Source: Mobula hypostoma (taxonomy: Eukaryota). Taken from it: a DNA stretch of 64,000 nucleotides. Under the pieces are notes generated by a model. The model was not told the DNA's origin. It saw only the letters and a program-made list of their open reading frames with translations, and searched no databases. Shown here piece by piece: positions 23,407-35,819 of the stretch. The DNA lies in the NCBI RefSeq assembly GCF_963921235.1, contig NC_086097.1, forward strand, positions 67,892,001 through 67,956,000. Reading direction: 5' to 3'. The position numbers and the translations under genes were made by a program. Position 1 is the first letter of the stretch. Every line of letters starts with the position of its first letter.

Positions 23407-24536
23407 TTCCACCCACAATGTTGAGCTGAATTAACTAAATTAGTAATCAAATGCCCAATTAAACTAATCCCTTCTACCTATACAATGTGCATATCCTTCC
23501 ATTTGCTGCACCTTCATGTGCTTATCTACGAGTCTCTTGAATGTCTCTATTGTATTTGCTTCCACCATGACCCCTGGTAGCACATTCCAGACACCTTCTT
23601 CTCTACATAAACAAACTTGTCCTGCCCAGCTCGTTTGAATTTATCCCTCTCACCTTAAATGCATGCTCTCTGGTCTTAGAGTAAACAGTCAGTATCTTTT
23701 TTCCAGGGTTGAAATGTCTATCTATGCCCATCATAATCTTCTGAGTCTTTATCAGATCTACCTTCAGCCTCTACTGCTCTTAGAGAAAACAACCCAAGTT
23801 TATCCAATCTCTCCTTTTATTATCTGCCTTCTAAGCTAGGCAGCATCATGTTAAACCATTTCTGCACCTTTTTCAAATCCTTGACATCCTTCCTACAGAG
23901 GGACAACCAGAAATGAATGTAATACTTTCAAGGAGCTATGAACTTGGATCCCCAGATCCCTTTGCTCATCAACACAGTTAAGACTCTTGCCATGAATAGT
24001 ATACTGTCCCTTTACATTTGATGTCCCACAGGGCAACACTTCACACTTGGCCAGGTTAAACTTCAATTTTGCAACTGACTTAGATCCTGCTCCATCCTTT
24101 GGCAGCTCCTACACTATCCACTACACCAATCTTCATATCGTCTGCAAACTTACTAACCCACTCATCTATGTTTTCATCCAGGTCATTTATATGTATACTA
24201 AACAGTGATATATTGTACAAAACACCACTTATCACAGACCTTCAGCCAGATCAAGTTCCACCAACACTACCCTCTGTCTTTTATGGGCAAGCCAATTCTG
24301 AATCTAAATAGCTAATTCTGTGGATCTTAATCTTCTGGATGAGCCTCCCATGAGGAACCTTGTCAAATGCCTATTGAAATCCATATAATCAATATCCACT
24401 GCTCAACCTTCATCAGTCAACTTCATCACCTCCTCGAAAAACTCAATCAAGTTTGTAAGACACAACATACCCTGCATAAAGCTATGCAGACTGAACCTAT
24501 TTAGGCCATAGGTTTTCAAATCCTCATAAATCCTAT

Positions 24537-24656
24537 TTTTTTTTAGATTATGAAGACACACAGTCCTCTTATATTGTCATTTAGTAATGCATGCATTAAG
24601 AAATGATACAGTATTTCCTCCGGTGTGATATCTCAAAACACAGGACAGACCAAGGA
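24537..24656 (-). mobile_element. Truncated copy of the non-autonomous retroposon family seen at 34274-34905
   Basis: agattatgaagacacacagtcctc..aatgcatgcattaagaaatgataca..acaggacagaccaag aligns with 34277-34390. Poly(T) on the left side. Confidence 0.75.
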
Positions 24657-26770
24657 TCCTCTCCAGTAATTTCCCTGCTACTAGCACTGATGTGAGGCTC
24701 ACCTATCTATAGTTTCCAGGATTACACTATATACCCATTTCCCTTCTTGAATAAAGGAACAATAATAGCTATTTGCCTTGCCTCAGGGAACTCAACTGAG
24801 GACATAAAGATACTGGTCAAGGTGTGCCAGCAATCTCATCCCTTGCCTCTCTCAATAACCTGGTGTATATTCCATCAGGCCCTGGGGACTTCCCACTTTA
24901 ATGTTCTTTAAAACATTCAGTACTACTTACTTCTTTATCTGGAAATGCCTCAAGCAAATTAGTATGCTTTACACTGATCTCCCTATTTTCCACATCCTTT
25001 TTAGTAGATACTGTTGCAAATTACTTATTTAGATCGTCAGTCACATCCTCCGCCTCCAAACACATGTTCCTTCCTTCATTCTACCCTTTCTCTAGTTATC
25101 ATTTTGCTCTTGATGTATGTACAGAATTCCTTAGGATTCCTTAATCCTACTTGCCAAGGACCTCGAGCTCTTTTCCAGCTTCTTTATAATCCTTGAGGGA
25201 TCTGCTTGATTTTAGGTTCCCAAACCTTGCATGAAGTTTCCTTTTTCTGCTTGACTAAATTCACTACTTCCTTGTCCATCCAAGGTTTCATCACCTTGCT
25301 ATCCTTGTCTTTCTTTCTCAATGGAACACGCATACCTGTCAAGTTATGTGCTTAACAAAAGCCGCAACCCTTTACTTCCATTACGAACAAACCAAAAACA
25401 GTCACCTTACTCTGATGTTGTTACATCAGACACACTCTCTGAAAGAGAACACAAAATCTCAATGACTGTGTTTGTGAATTATGTAGAACAGTTTCTATTA
25501 TGAACAATATGTGTCACCTGTCACCCATTACATTATCCTAAACTTGTCTAATGCTCTCATAATTTGCCCTGCTCCGATGTAAATATTCTCGTGCAAGCAA
25601 GATTTATGTTTTCTATACTTACCTTTATGGCAATCACAAATCTTAAGGAGTTGTGATCACTGTTCCCAAATTGTTTTTCGACTGAAAGGTCAGTTACTCG
25701 GCAGGCTCATTACCCAATTCTAATATGGCCACTGCTCTAGTTGGACTTTCTACGAATTGATTTAAGAAACCTTCCTGGATGCACACTACAAATTCTACCG
25801 TTTAAAGTTCTGGCACTGAGGAGGAGGTCCCAGACTATGTCAGGGAAGTTGAAGTCACCCACTGCAACGACTTTGTTTTTTCACACACCTTTCCCTAACC
25901 TACCAGCACATCTGTTTTGCAACGTTCCAGTTGCTATTGGGCTGGGGCATGGGAGTCTGTAGAGTGATCCCATCAGATTAATTGCACCTTTCTAATTTTT
26001 GAATTCTACTCATATTGACTCAGTGAATGAGCCCTCCATGATGTCCCCGTGAATGCTACTGTTCCATTGTCCCCGATGAAAGTTCAACAGCTCAATGCCT
26101 CCACCCCAACCTTTACCTCCCTTCTCTATCCTTTCTAAAACATCATCAAATGAAATTCCTCATTTTTGCCTAATACTCCTAGCATTAAAGTATAGACACT
26201 TCAACCTATCCATCCTGTGCTAATTTTCCCCTGCCTGTTCTTACTGGTTGTAACACCGACTTCATGGCTTTCTCTGTAGAAAGGAGATGAAGTACCCAAA
26301 ATATGCAGGATGTTGTCTTAGTTTCTGGTGGCAATATTGATTCAAGATGTAATGTACAAGATTTATGTATGACAATGAAAATAATTTTTATTGTTTGTTA
26401 CAATGGAAATATCCACCTCCGTCCTTCGCTTGTTAACTTGAGAATGCACCAAGGAAAAATATTCAGCATTACTCATAAACATTGCTCATGAATATGTTCA
26501 TTTTAAATTTGATATTTAGTTGCAATTCCTGTTGATCTAACAACAGATATTTTGAATAAAGGTGCTTTATTTTGTGGCACTTAAATGCTGATACTTTCAA
26601 TGTCAGATTTTGTAGTCATGGCAGATTCCTTAAAATGTTTACTGAATGTTTATTGTTGCTTCAAGTCCAAAATAACAAGTTAAATATGACTGGAAATGAC
26701 ATTTGACCGTCTTGGTCTATCTTGGAAGGCCAAGCTAGGATGATCTTTTTGCCCAAATATATGATGGCAA

Positions 26771-26967
26771 TGGCCAGTGGTGTAGTGGCATCAGCACCAG
26801 ACTTCGAGGTCCTGGTTTCAAATCGGCCGGCTCCTTGCACGCTTTCCATCTGTGCTGGGCTGAGTGTCAAGCTAACAACTTGGCCTTGTAAATAACAAAT
26901 GCTAAGGAAACGGCAAATGCTAAGAAAATGACGCTTGATGCCCCACAAGGTGCAAAAAGGAACAACG
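26771..26967 (+). mobile_element. Short tRNA-derived SINE
   Basis: A box TGGTGTAGTGG and degenerate B box GGTTTCAAATC. Perfect 12-bp TSD ATATGATGGCAA (26759-26770, 26968-26979). Confidence 0.75.
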
Positions 26968-28544
26968 ATATGATGGCAAGTCTAATAGCAATTGTGATAT
27001 CTGAGCACAAGCAGTGTGCCTAATTTATAAAGAATAATAAGTGTAATCCGGAAAACAAAAGAGAAGCAGTAAAGGGCTAAAAGACAGACAGCAAAAAAAA
27101 ACAGCAGCACGAGTCAATAAGCATCAACTCCAATTACCACATGTGATTTTATCAATGTCCAGAAACTATTAATTTTAATTAATTTTTGTTGGAGTAAAAC
27201 ATTACCACAAGATACATCTGCATTAATTCAACAGTGGTTTAGTTTCACAGGCATTCTGGTAACTCATCCAAATAAGGCTGTGCCATGATTGTTGTTCTGT
27301 TTTCATATATCTGTATATGCACTGCTTCATTTACATGCATCTGTATTTGCATCTTCTCCTTGTCTGCCTCTTGGTGTGTATCTTTTGTAAAAGTCAAACA
27401 AGCTTCTAATTCCATCAACCAAATGGAATTATGGAGGATCCTTCTAAAAGCTGGCTGTCCTCAGAAACGTCTTACCTGTTCTGTTACCACCACACACTGA
27501 CATGCAAGCTACCACTCTAACAGATAAGTGGTCAATCTTCTTGCTTCAGGCCCAGAACTAAAATCACCCCAATCTCAGTAAATGAAGCTAGGGCTTATGC
27601 ATATTCAGTGAATGAGAAGATGTGAGGTACACCAAACATTCAGAGAAAGGTTGTCCTTAATCAACCAGTCTTTGCTACATTGTGATCCACAAGATTCTAA
27701 TAAAATGGGATTGCTTCCCACATTCCAGGAGGTACTCTTCAACAAAGGCAGATAGAAATGATGAAATTCACCAGTACCTCCATGTGTCAAGCACATCCCT
27801 GTGTTCAATGTTCAAGATCTTAAACATAACACCAAGTTCCAAAACCCAAGACAACATGGTTAACAGAGAAGCAATGAAAATCAGGATAAGGTAGCCCTCT
27901 AATCATTACAAAATCCTGTTCTGCAGTCATATTTATAAGATGTAGGTTCAGGAGGCAAAACCTGCTAGATTTGAAGACATATATGACAAAATTAGTTTGC
28001 CAAATGGATAAGAAATCAGTATGTTTTTATTTTAATAATGACTAACACAAACACAAACAAAACAATAAAGAATGAGGCCTGAATCAGGAGATACATAACA
28101 GCAAATTCATGGCCTTGGGGAGCTGCTGAAATAAGGACTTCCTTTAGGGACAGATCATATTTAGGAAATTAAATGAAGTAAGTATCATGAAATTTCAATA
28201 TTGTACTGAATTTGACATTTTCACTTTCTAGGCAGCAGTTTGGCTGGGTGGATCACCTACTGGATAAAAAGAACATTGCATTCAAGTAGAAATCAATGGA
28301 TTTGTCTTTCAAACTGAAAAGGTCAAGTAAGTTGATAAATATTTTAATAATTAATTAATTAATCTTTTTGAGCTAAATCGATCTGTAGCCAAATACAGTT
28401 CTATTCCCACCTTCAAACAAAATATGGTAGATTTTTTGTCTCAGTGCTGACTGTCTGATCTTGCAGATGTATAACCTCTTAAAAAAAAAGTTGGATTGAA
28501 GCTATTCATGATTTTCTATCTATTCAACAACTTCTTTCTCAATG

Positions 28545-29425
28545 TCAGCAGTTACAAGGAGCTGACTTCAGGAGGAGGAAACCGGAGGTCCACGAGCCAG
28601 TCCTTGTAGGAGAATCAGAGGTGGAGAGGGTCAGCAACTTTAAATTCCTCAGTGTTATCATTTCAGAGGCCCTGTCTTGGGTCCAGCACATACTGTAAGC
28701 GCCATTATGAAGAAAGCACACCTCTACCTCTGCCTCTACCTTCTTAGGAGTTTGCAAATATTCAGCATGACATCTGAAACTGACAAACTTCTACAGATGT
28801 ACAAGTGGAGAGTCTATCAACTGACTGCATCACAGCCTGACATGGAAGCACCAATTCCATTGAAAGGAAAACCCAACAAAATTTAGTAGAATCAGTCCCG
28901 TCCATCACAGGTAAAGCACTCCCCGCCATGAGCACATCTACGCAAAGCGTTGTCACAGGAAAGCAGCATCCATCATCAGGGACGTCCACCACTCAGATCA
29001 TGTTCTCTCTTCTCACTGCTGCCATCGGGAGGGTGGTACTGGAGCCTCATGACTCACACCACCAGTTTCAAGACCCCTCAACCATTGGGCTCTTGAACCA
29101 AATGGGATAACTACTCTTAACTTCACTTGCCCCATTATTGAAATGATCCCACAAGCTATGGACTCACTTTCAATGACTCTTTACCTCATGTTCTCAATAT
29201 TTATTGCTTATTTATTTATATTATTTCTTTTTCTTTGTATCTGCAGTTTGTTGTATTTTACACACTGGTTGACGAGCTAAGTTGGTGCAGTCTTTCATCA
29301 ATTCTATTATGCTTATTATTCCATAATGGATTTACTGAGCATGCCTGCAAGAAAATAAATCTCAGGGTTGCATATGATAACATATATGTACATTGATAAT
29401 AAACTTACTTTCAAATTTGAACTTT
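28545..29425 (+). mobile_element. 5'-truncated Rex1/Babar-like LINE 3' fragment
   Basis: DFRRRKP..SEVERVSNFKFL..KKAH..LYLLRSL, followed by a 3' UTR ending aataaacttactttcaaatttgaacttt. Confidence 0.8.
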
Positions 29426-29802
29426 AATGTTAAAATAATTAGAAGTAAGCTGTACAGTTTTACAATGATGTCTTCTCTAGATAAATTCTCAGTATCTGAC
29501 AGTTAAAAAGAAAAGAAGTCCTTGTCACTGGACCACTTGATTCCTCAAAAGCATTTGTTGAGAACAAAACTACTATCAATTTAACAATTTGTGAAATTTG
29601 TACTGTCTCTTTTAATGGGATTATTTTGTTACTGATTTCATGACAAGTTGGAAGATATGCAGAAAGATCATCAATGAATTGTTTGATCATAATCTGTGAA
29701 AATTAGGATTTAATTATTCAATTTTTCTGTGCTTATAGTGGCAAAATCTTTGCCTCTAGAAGGGCAACTGAAGGCTGTGCTCAAAAGCTAAGTAATACAT
29801 AC

Positions 29803-29968
29803 CTGAACATAGAGTCAAGATAGTCATGAATGTTCTTCCTGACTGCATACTGAATAAACTCATGCCTTTGCCACCAAACACCATCCTGCCAGTTTCCTCT
29901 GGCCAACCAATGACTTCTTCTTGGGTTTTAGCACATAAATTGTATCCTGATTCCATCAACTTTTGGAC
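29803..29968 (-). other. Candidate 166-bp internal exon of an unidentified host gene
   Basis: Pyrimidine-rich tract then ttgaag| acceptor, and a strong CAG|GTATGT donor. One frame is open (VQKLMESGYNLCAKTQEEVIGWPEETGRMVFGG..). Lies in repeat-free sequence. Protein not recognised. Confidence 0.3.
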
Positions 29969-32446
29969 CTTCAAGTAGCAATCAGGCAAAAATGAAAAAT
30001 GAATAGGAAAGAGGCTGACAATTTGCAACATCTCTGTTTGTACTTTGTTAAAAAGTTGCACCTGGGTGAAATTGAACATGTCACCAGTAAGCTATACCAG
30101 CACCAGCTGTAAAGCACTAGCTGCAATAGCAACACAGCAGCCCTTTTATTAGAACCCTGCCATCTGCAAGGGATTGAATACTTAGCACAATCGTGTTTTT
30201 TTTTGCTTTTTTTTGTTAGGCATTTAAAAGGCACTTAATCACACGTGCCCCTGATGTTGACTCTGCGCGGGGATAAACGTTCAACAAAATATCTCAATAA
30301 TATCCATCTTCATACCACTACTTATTTTGTTCTTTCAAAATATAGCAGAATTTGAGAAATTCTCTTAGGAACATGCTTTTTCACCAATTAATGTAAAACG
30401 GGAGAATTGATTTATCAAAACCACTCAGAACACTATCAAATGTGTCAAGAATTAAATCCATCGACTGAAAGAGTTTGGAGAATCAAGCTAGCCTATGGGA
30501 TCACCAGACCTTTTCAAAGCCATCATAAATCACTGCAGAAAACAAATGAAGCCCTGTGTGATAAGATTTGCACTGACAGCTTTACTGCACCTCCACGTAT
30601 GGTAGATAAATGGATAACTTTGCCTTTATCAATTGCCAGTTTAAAAAAATTCAAGTTGTCAAAAATGTTACAACTTACTCATAATAAAAATCCAAAGCCA
30701 CTGCATGATTTTAGCTATGTTAAATAAACTGCGACAAGGATTCATGTTGCAGTGCAAAATTCACTTCACTTCCTCATTGAAACATCCAAGAAGGCCTGAA
30801 AACATTTGGGAGGGTAATATTATTTTCAGAAAGGGTGGAAGCACCAAAAATAATTAGATTCATTTTACATTCTTAATTTATTCATTTCTCTTTGTCATTG
30901 CAAGATTGCTTGCTGCAGCTGGAATCCTCACTGAACAGCTGCAATAAAGATGCGATCTTCATAGGAAAAGGAACTAGAGTGCAGGAGATGTTAAATGGTG
31001 TCTGTAGCAGTGAATGAGTTAGAGGGTAACACTTTTGATGTGGTTGCTTTGATCTTTCTGTCCAATATTTTTCCCAAGATGGAAATGCTTTGTGTTTGCC
31101 ATACTGCTGCTCATTTACAATGCAGTATTTTCATTTGAATTTTTTCACCCCAAAGTAAGTTAAACCTGATTCGCTTGAAAGACAGAAGTGCTGTAATTTA
31201 TTTATTTCAGTGGAAACAGCTGAAAGTTCTGGATTGAAGAAATAATTAAATTCAGATAATATCAAAGCAATCAGATCAAAGGACAATCTCCCTAATGGAA
31301 TAAATCAGGCACAATCCATTCACTCATCCTTGTTTTCCAGAGGTACAAGTTTCATTGGACTTTAAGACACAGGAACAAAAAAATTTAAAATGAACTATTT
31401 CCCCACCCATAAAATTATATTTACGTAAATCCTTCCTCGAAAGGGTTGAATCCTAATTAACACATACAAGTTCCACACAAATCATCGGCTCATTTAAATT
31501 TTAAATACAATAACAAATCTTCCAATTATTTTTATCAAAGTACATTTAGAATAGTGTTAAGAGGCAATATTTGTGAAAATTATTTTGACAAAATACTGCT
31601 TATTGTTACTGAGATCAGCAGGAGACCTTTTCTACACCACGTTAGCACATTGCAATCCATATAGTGCAATTATGCCCACATACCCATCAGAAGATAATTT
31701 TAGCTTCACAAATAAGAATTGCAACATCCTTTTAAACAGACCACATCAATAATCTGCTTTACACTAGCAGGTTTAAATATTGATGCATGCCGATGACATC
31801 TCCATGATGAATGGCTGTGACAATTTGCAAGAGTATTGATGGAAATGGCCAATGATATGGTGCCTACATTAGAACCTAGCAGCAGCTTCAAAAATCGTCA
31901 TTGTAATTCATCTCACTTAAAAATATAGTCTCATTTAGCTTTAGTCATTAAAAAAATACACATATAAACCATTGGATATCCCACAAAATGTTGCTCGAAG
32001 CTCAAGGAATTATAATCAATACAGCTTGACATGAGTTTTAAAATGCATTCATTACAGCTTATCTGCAAATGGCCAATCCTCTGAACAGGATTGCCAACAT
32101 TAAGCCCCTTAAACAGCAGCAAGTCTAGGACTTGTATCCATGCATTGTAAAATACAGAAATGAAAATTTACTTAATGACAGCTAGTTTCCAATACCCCAT
32201 AATTCAGTTTAGTGACGATGCCATAGCATTTAGGCTTGGGAATTGCCTCATGGTTCCTGTTCTAAGGTTATCATGATCCCAATCAATTTCAATAAGGAGA
32301 ATTCAACTTTCATTGTTTCTTTCGAACGTTTTAATTATTTACATATTTTAATTGTTTATTACCTGAGTAAAAGATTCTTATAAAAATCCTTCACAATTTT
32401 TACAGTTGAAGTTGGTACAGTTCCAAAAACCTGCAATTCAGACTAT

Positions 32447-32976
32447 CATTATCATCATCATCATTAGGTGCCGTGCCCAGATTGAGCTTTGACTACTATG
32501 GCCCACGCACTCCTGTTTCGAGTCAAGTAGATCAATTCATTAGTATTCATTTCCAGTTCTCTGGCTGCTGTCTCCATCATCATTTGTCTTTGCCTTCCTT
32601 TTGCTTTCTTCCCTTCAATCTTTTCCATAATTACCATGCATTCTAACTCCTCTTTCCTAATCACATGTCCTATGGAGTTACATTGCCTTTTCATGATCTC
32701 ATACATTATTTCTCTTTTGTGCTTGCTCTGTTCATGACATCCCCATTAGATATTCATTTCCTCCATGATATTCTTTGCATCCTCCTCTAAAACCACATCT
32801 CTGCTGCTTCAATTCGTTTCCTCATGTTACTAGATATTGTCCAATATTCTGATCTATATAACATAAATGGATAAACATAACATTTAAGAAAGGAAAGGCA
32901 GCAGGTCCTGGTGAATGAGTAATAGAACAAATTATCACCCTTGAAGATTATGGAATTGAAAACTTACTGATTTAAT
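32447..32976 (-). mobile_element. Truncated RTE LINE with 5' inversion
   Basis: The - strand 3' end (IGHVIRKEELE..KIEGKKAKGRQR, (GAT)n tail) is joined to a + strand upstream RTE piece (KGKAAGP..IEQIITLEDYGIE) at ~32888-32976. 13-bp TSD CAATTCAGACTAT (32434-32446, 32977-32989). Confidence 0.85.
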
Positions 32977-33068
32977 CAATTCAGACTATACAACTCAATT
33001 TCGCGTACTGTCTCAACTGTTCAACAAACGACACCATTGCCATCACCCTCCACCTGGCCCTAACCCAA

Positions 33069-34057
33069 ATGTGTATAAATGACATGTACCTTCGAATGCT
33101 GTTCATAGACTTCAGTTCAGCATTCAACACAATCATTCCTCAGAAACCGATTAGAAAGCTGAGCCTACTGGGCCTGAACACCTCCCTCTGCAACTGGATC
33201 CTAGACTTCCTGACTGGGAGGCCTCAGTCAGTCCAGATTGGAAGCAGCATCTCCAACACCATCACAGTGAGCACGGGGCCCCTCAGGGCTGTGTGCTCAG
33301 CCCACTGTTGTTCACTCTGCTGACCCACGACTGTGCTGCAACACACAGCTCGAACCACATCATCAAGTTTGCCGATGACACGACTGTGGTGGGTCTCGTC
33401 AGCAAGAACAATGAGTCAGCATACAGAGAGGAGGTGCAGCGGCTAATAGACTGGTGCAGAGCCAACAACCTGTCTCTGAATGTGAACAAAACAAAAGAGA
33501 TGGTTGTTGACTTCAGGAGGACATGGAACGACCACTCTCCGCTGAACATCAACGACTCCTCTGTAGAGATCGTTAAGAGCACCAAATTTCTTGGTGTTCA
33601 CCTGGCGGAGACTCTCACCTGGTCCCTCAACACCAGCTCCATAGCAAAGAAAGCCCAGCAGCATCTCTACTTTTTGCGAAGGCTGAGAAAAGTCCATCTC
33701 CCACCCCCCATCCTCACCACATTCTACAGAGGTTGTATTGAGAGCATCCTGAGCAGCTGCATCACTGCCTGGTTCGGAAATTGCACCATCTCGGATTGCA
33801 AGACCCTGCAGCGGATAATGAGGTCAGCTGAGAAGATCATCAGAGTCTCTCTTCCTGCCATTCCAGACATTTACACCACACACTGCATCCATAAAGCAAA
33901 CAGCATAATGAAGGACCCCACGCACCCCTCATACGAACTCTTCTCCTTCCTACTGTCTGGCAAAAGGCACCAAAGCATTCGGGCTTTCACAACCAGACTA
34001 TGTAACAGTTTCTTCCCCCAAGCCATTAGACTACTCAATACCCAGATCCTGGACTGA
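33069..34057 (+). pseudogene. RT C-terminal half of the Rex1/Babar LINE (one frameshift near 33280)
   Basis: ORFs 33069-33323 and 33293-34057 join into RT domains 3-7 plus the C-terminal region. Confidence 0.88.
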
Positions 34058-34273
34058 CACCAACCTACTGCCCTCTACTGTGCCTATTGTCTTGTTTATT
34101 ATTTATTGTAATGCCTGCACTGTTTTGTGCACTTTATGCAGTCCTGGGTAGGTCTGTAGTCTAGTGTAGTTTTTGTGTTGTTTTACGTAGTTCAGTGTAG
34201 TTTTTGTATTGTTTCATGTAGCACCATGGTCCTGAAAAAGGTTGTCTCATTTTTACTGTGTACTGTACCAGCA

Positions 34274-34905
34274 ATCAGATTATGAGAACACTCAGTCCTC
34301 GTTTATTGTCCTTCAGAAATGCATGCATGTATTAAGAAATGATACAATGTTCCTCCAGAGTGATAACACAGAAAAACAGGACAAACCAAAGACTAACACT
34401 GACAGAATCACATAATTATAACATATAGTTACAGCACTGCAAAACAGTACCATAATTTGATAAAGAACAGATCATGGGCGCGGTAAAAAAAAAGTCTCAA
34501 AGTCCCGAGTCGATCGACTCCCGAGTCCCCGACAGCAGGCGGCAAAGGGAGAAACTCCCATAAACCTCCAGGCACTGACAACTGCCAATGCATTAGAAGC
34601 ACCCGACCATAGCCGACACTGAGTCCGTCCGTCTGAAAACTTCGAGCCTCCAACCAGTCCCTCCGATACAGCCTCCTGAGCGCCTTCGACCTCGCCCAGC
34701 CGCTGAAACAAGCAAAGCCGAGGATTCGGGGCCTTCTCCTCCAGAGATTCCGGACCACACAGTAACAGCGGCAGCGAAGTGGGCATTTCAGAAGTTTCTC
34801 CAGATGTTCCTCCATACTCTCACGTCTGTCTCCATCAAATCAAAATTGTGCACGGTCCCCTACTTGATAAATAACAGACATCACCACCGAAGTGGCCACG
34901 TGCGC
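34274..34905 (-). mobile_element. CpG-rich non-autonomous retroposon inserted into the LINE 3' UTR
   Basis: The LINE tail appears to resume at 34906. A second, truncated copy lies at 24537-24656. AATAAA on the - strand near 34302-34307. No TE protein recognisable. Confidence 0.7.
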
Positions 34906-35819
34906 TGGTCAAAAAGACAATAAAAAGTGACAACTTGACTTGACTCAGGTTACTTGAGCTGCAAAGCAAGTATGGGAATGGAAAAACTGCAGGTGGCACC
35001 ACGTTGGAAAGGCCTGGTCCATTGCTCTTATAACTTCGATCATCGTAAAATATCACTTCTATATAAGAGCATTGAACTAAGAGATCTGGTTCAATGGCTT
35101 GCCAATGGCCAAGTTGTGCTGACCTTATCAGCATCAGCATTTGCTGCAGAGGCTCCTTCACTCTATCTGAAAATGGATGAAAATTGTTGGGAATGATTGG
35201 AAGCATGCTGGGAAAATAGGAAGATTATCCAGTGCTCAGCTGATTTGCTGGGAAGTGATTCAGGAAAGTAACTGGGAACGTGAGACAAAAAGCTTCGGGA
35301 AACACAGAATCATCTTGGTACCTGAAGGAAAGCCAAAAAAATGAACCACTTTTCTATTTTCTGATGCCTTTTCCTGTTGGTTATATCGACCTAGACAAAG
35401 AACAGCAACTTGCATTGAATTTAAGACAAGGATTTTGATGTGATTACAGAAAGCAAATTCTATTGTTGGACTGCATGTCCCTGATACAAGCACCTGGTGT
35501 GTGTCAAAATTAAAAGTAAAGAAGTATTTATTTCTATTTCACCAACAGAAAATAAAATAACGTATTGCCACTTAGAATTTCTTTTCCCTGACATTAAATT
35601 TGAATGCAAGTGAGACAGGTCAATCACTTCAGCAACTTAAGCAGTGACTATGATTTTAGTACATTCAAAAATGTATGACAATCAATTAAATACTTCCGAA
35701 ATGTGATCTGCTTGGTATGGAGGTTCCAACGTACAGGATTGCAGGAGGGTACACAGGGTTATAGACCCAGCCAGCTACATCACGGGCGCAACTCTCCACA
35801 CTGTCAAGGACCTATTCGA

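Larger units (their letters stand above)
23158..26230 (-). mobile_element. Degenerate CR1 LINE, reverse strand, with small nested insertions
   Basis: Reverse complement gives SKFADDMKIG (~24130-24150), YMDFxxAFDKVPH (~24350-24390), KSPGPDGI (~24870), GDFNFP (~25850) and a CR1 tail at ~23160. Left and right ends approximate. Confidence 0.8.
32995..34945 (+). mobile_element. 5'-truncated Rex1/Babar-like LINE, relatively young; 3' UTR interrupted at 34274-34905
   Basis: [56 protein letters not shown] and a (CTTGA)n tail at 34919-34945. Confidence 0.92.

Noticed and set aside
30262..30280. GCGCGGGGATAAACG resembles the end of the E. coli type I-E CRISPR repeat
   Set aside because: Single ~12-nt match with no array, no spacers and no cas genes, in a eukaryotic context; expected by chance.
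34429..34815. 128-aa and 104-aa GC-rich ORFs suggesting a host gene or CpG-island promoter
   Set aside because: They lie wholly within a repeated element inserted into a LINE tail.
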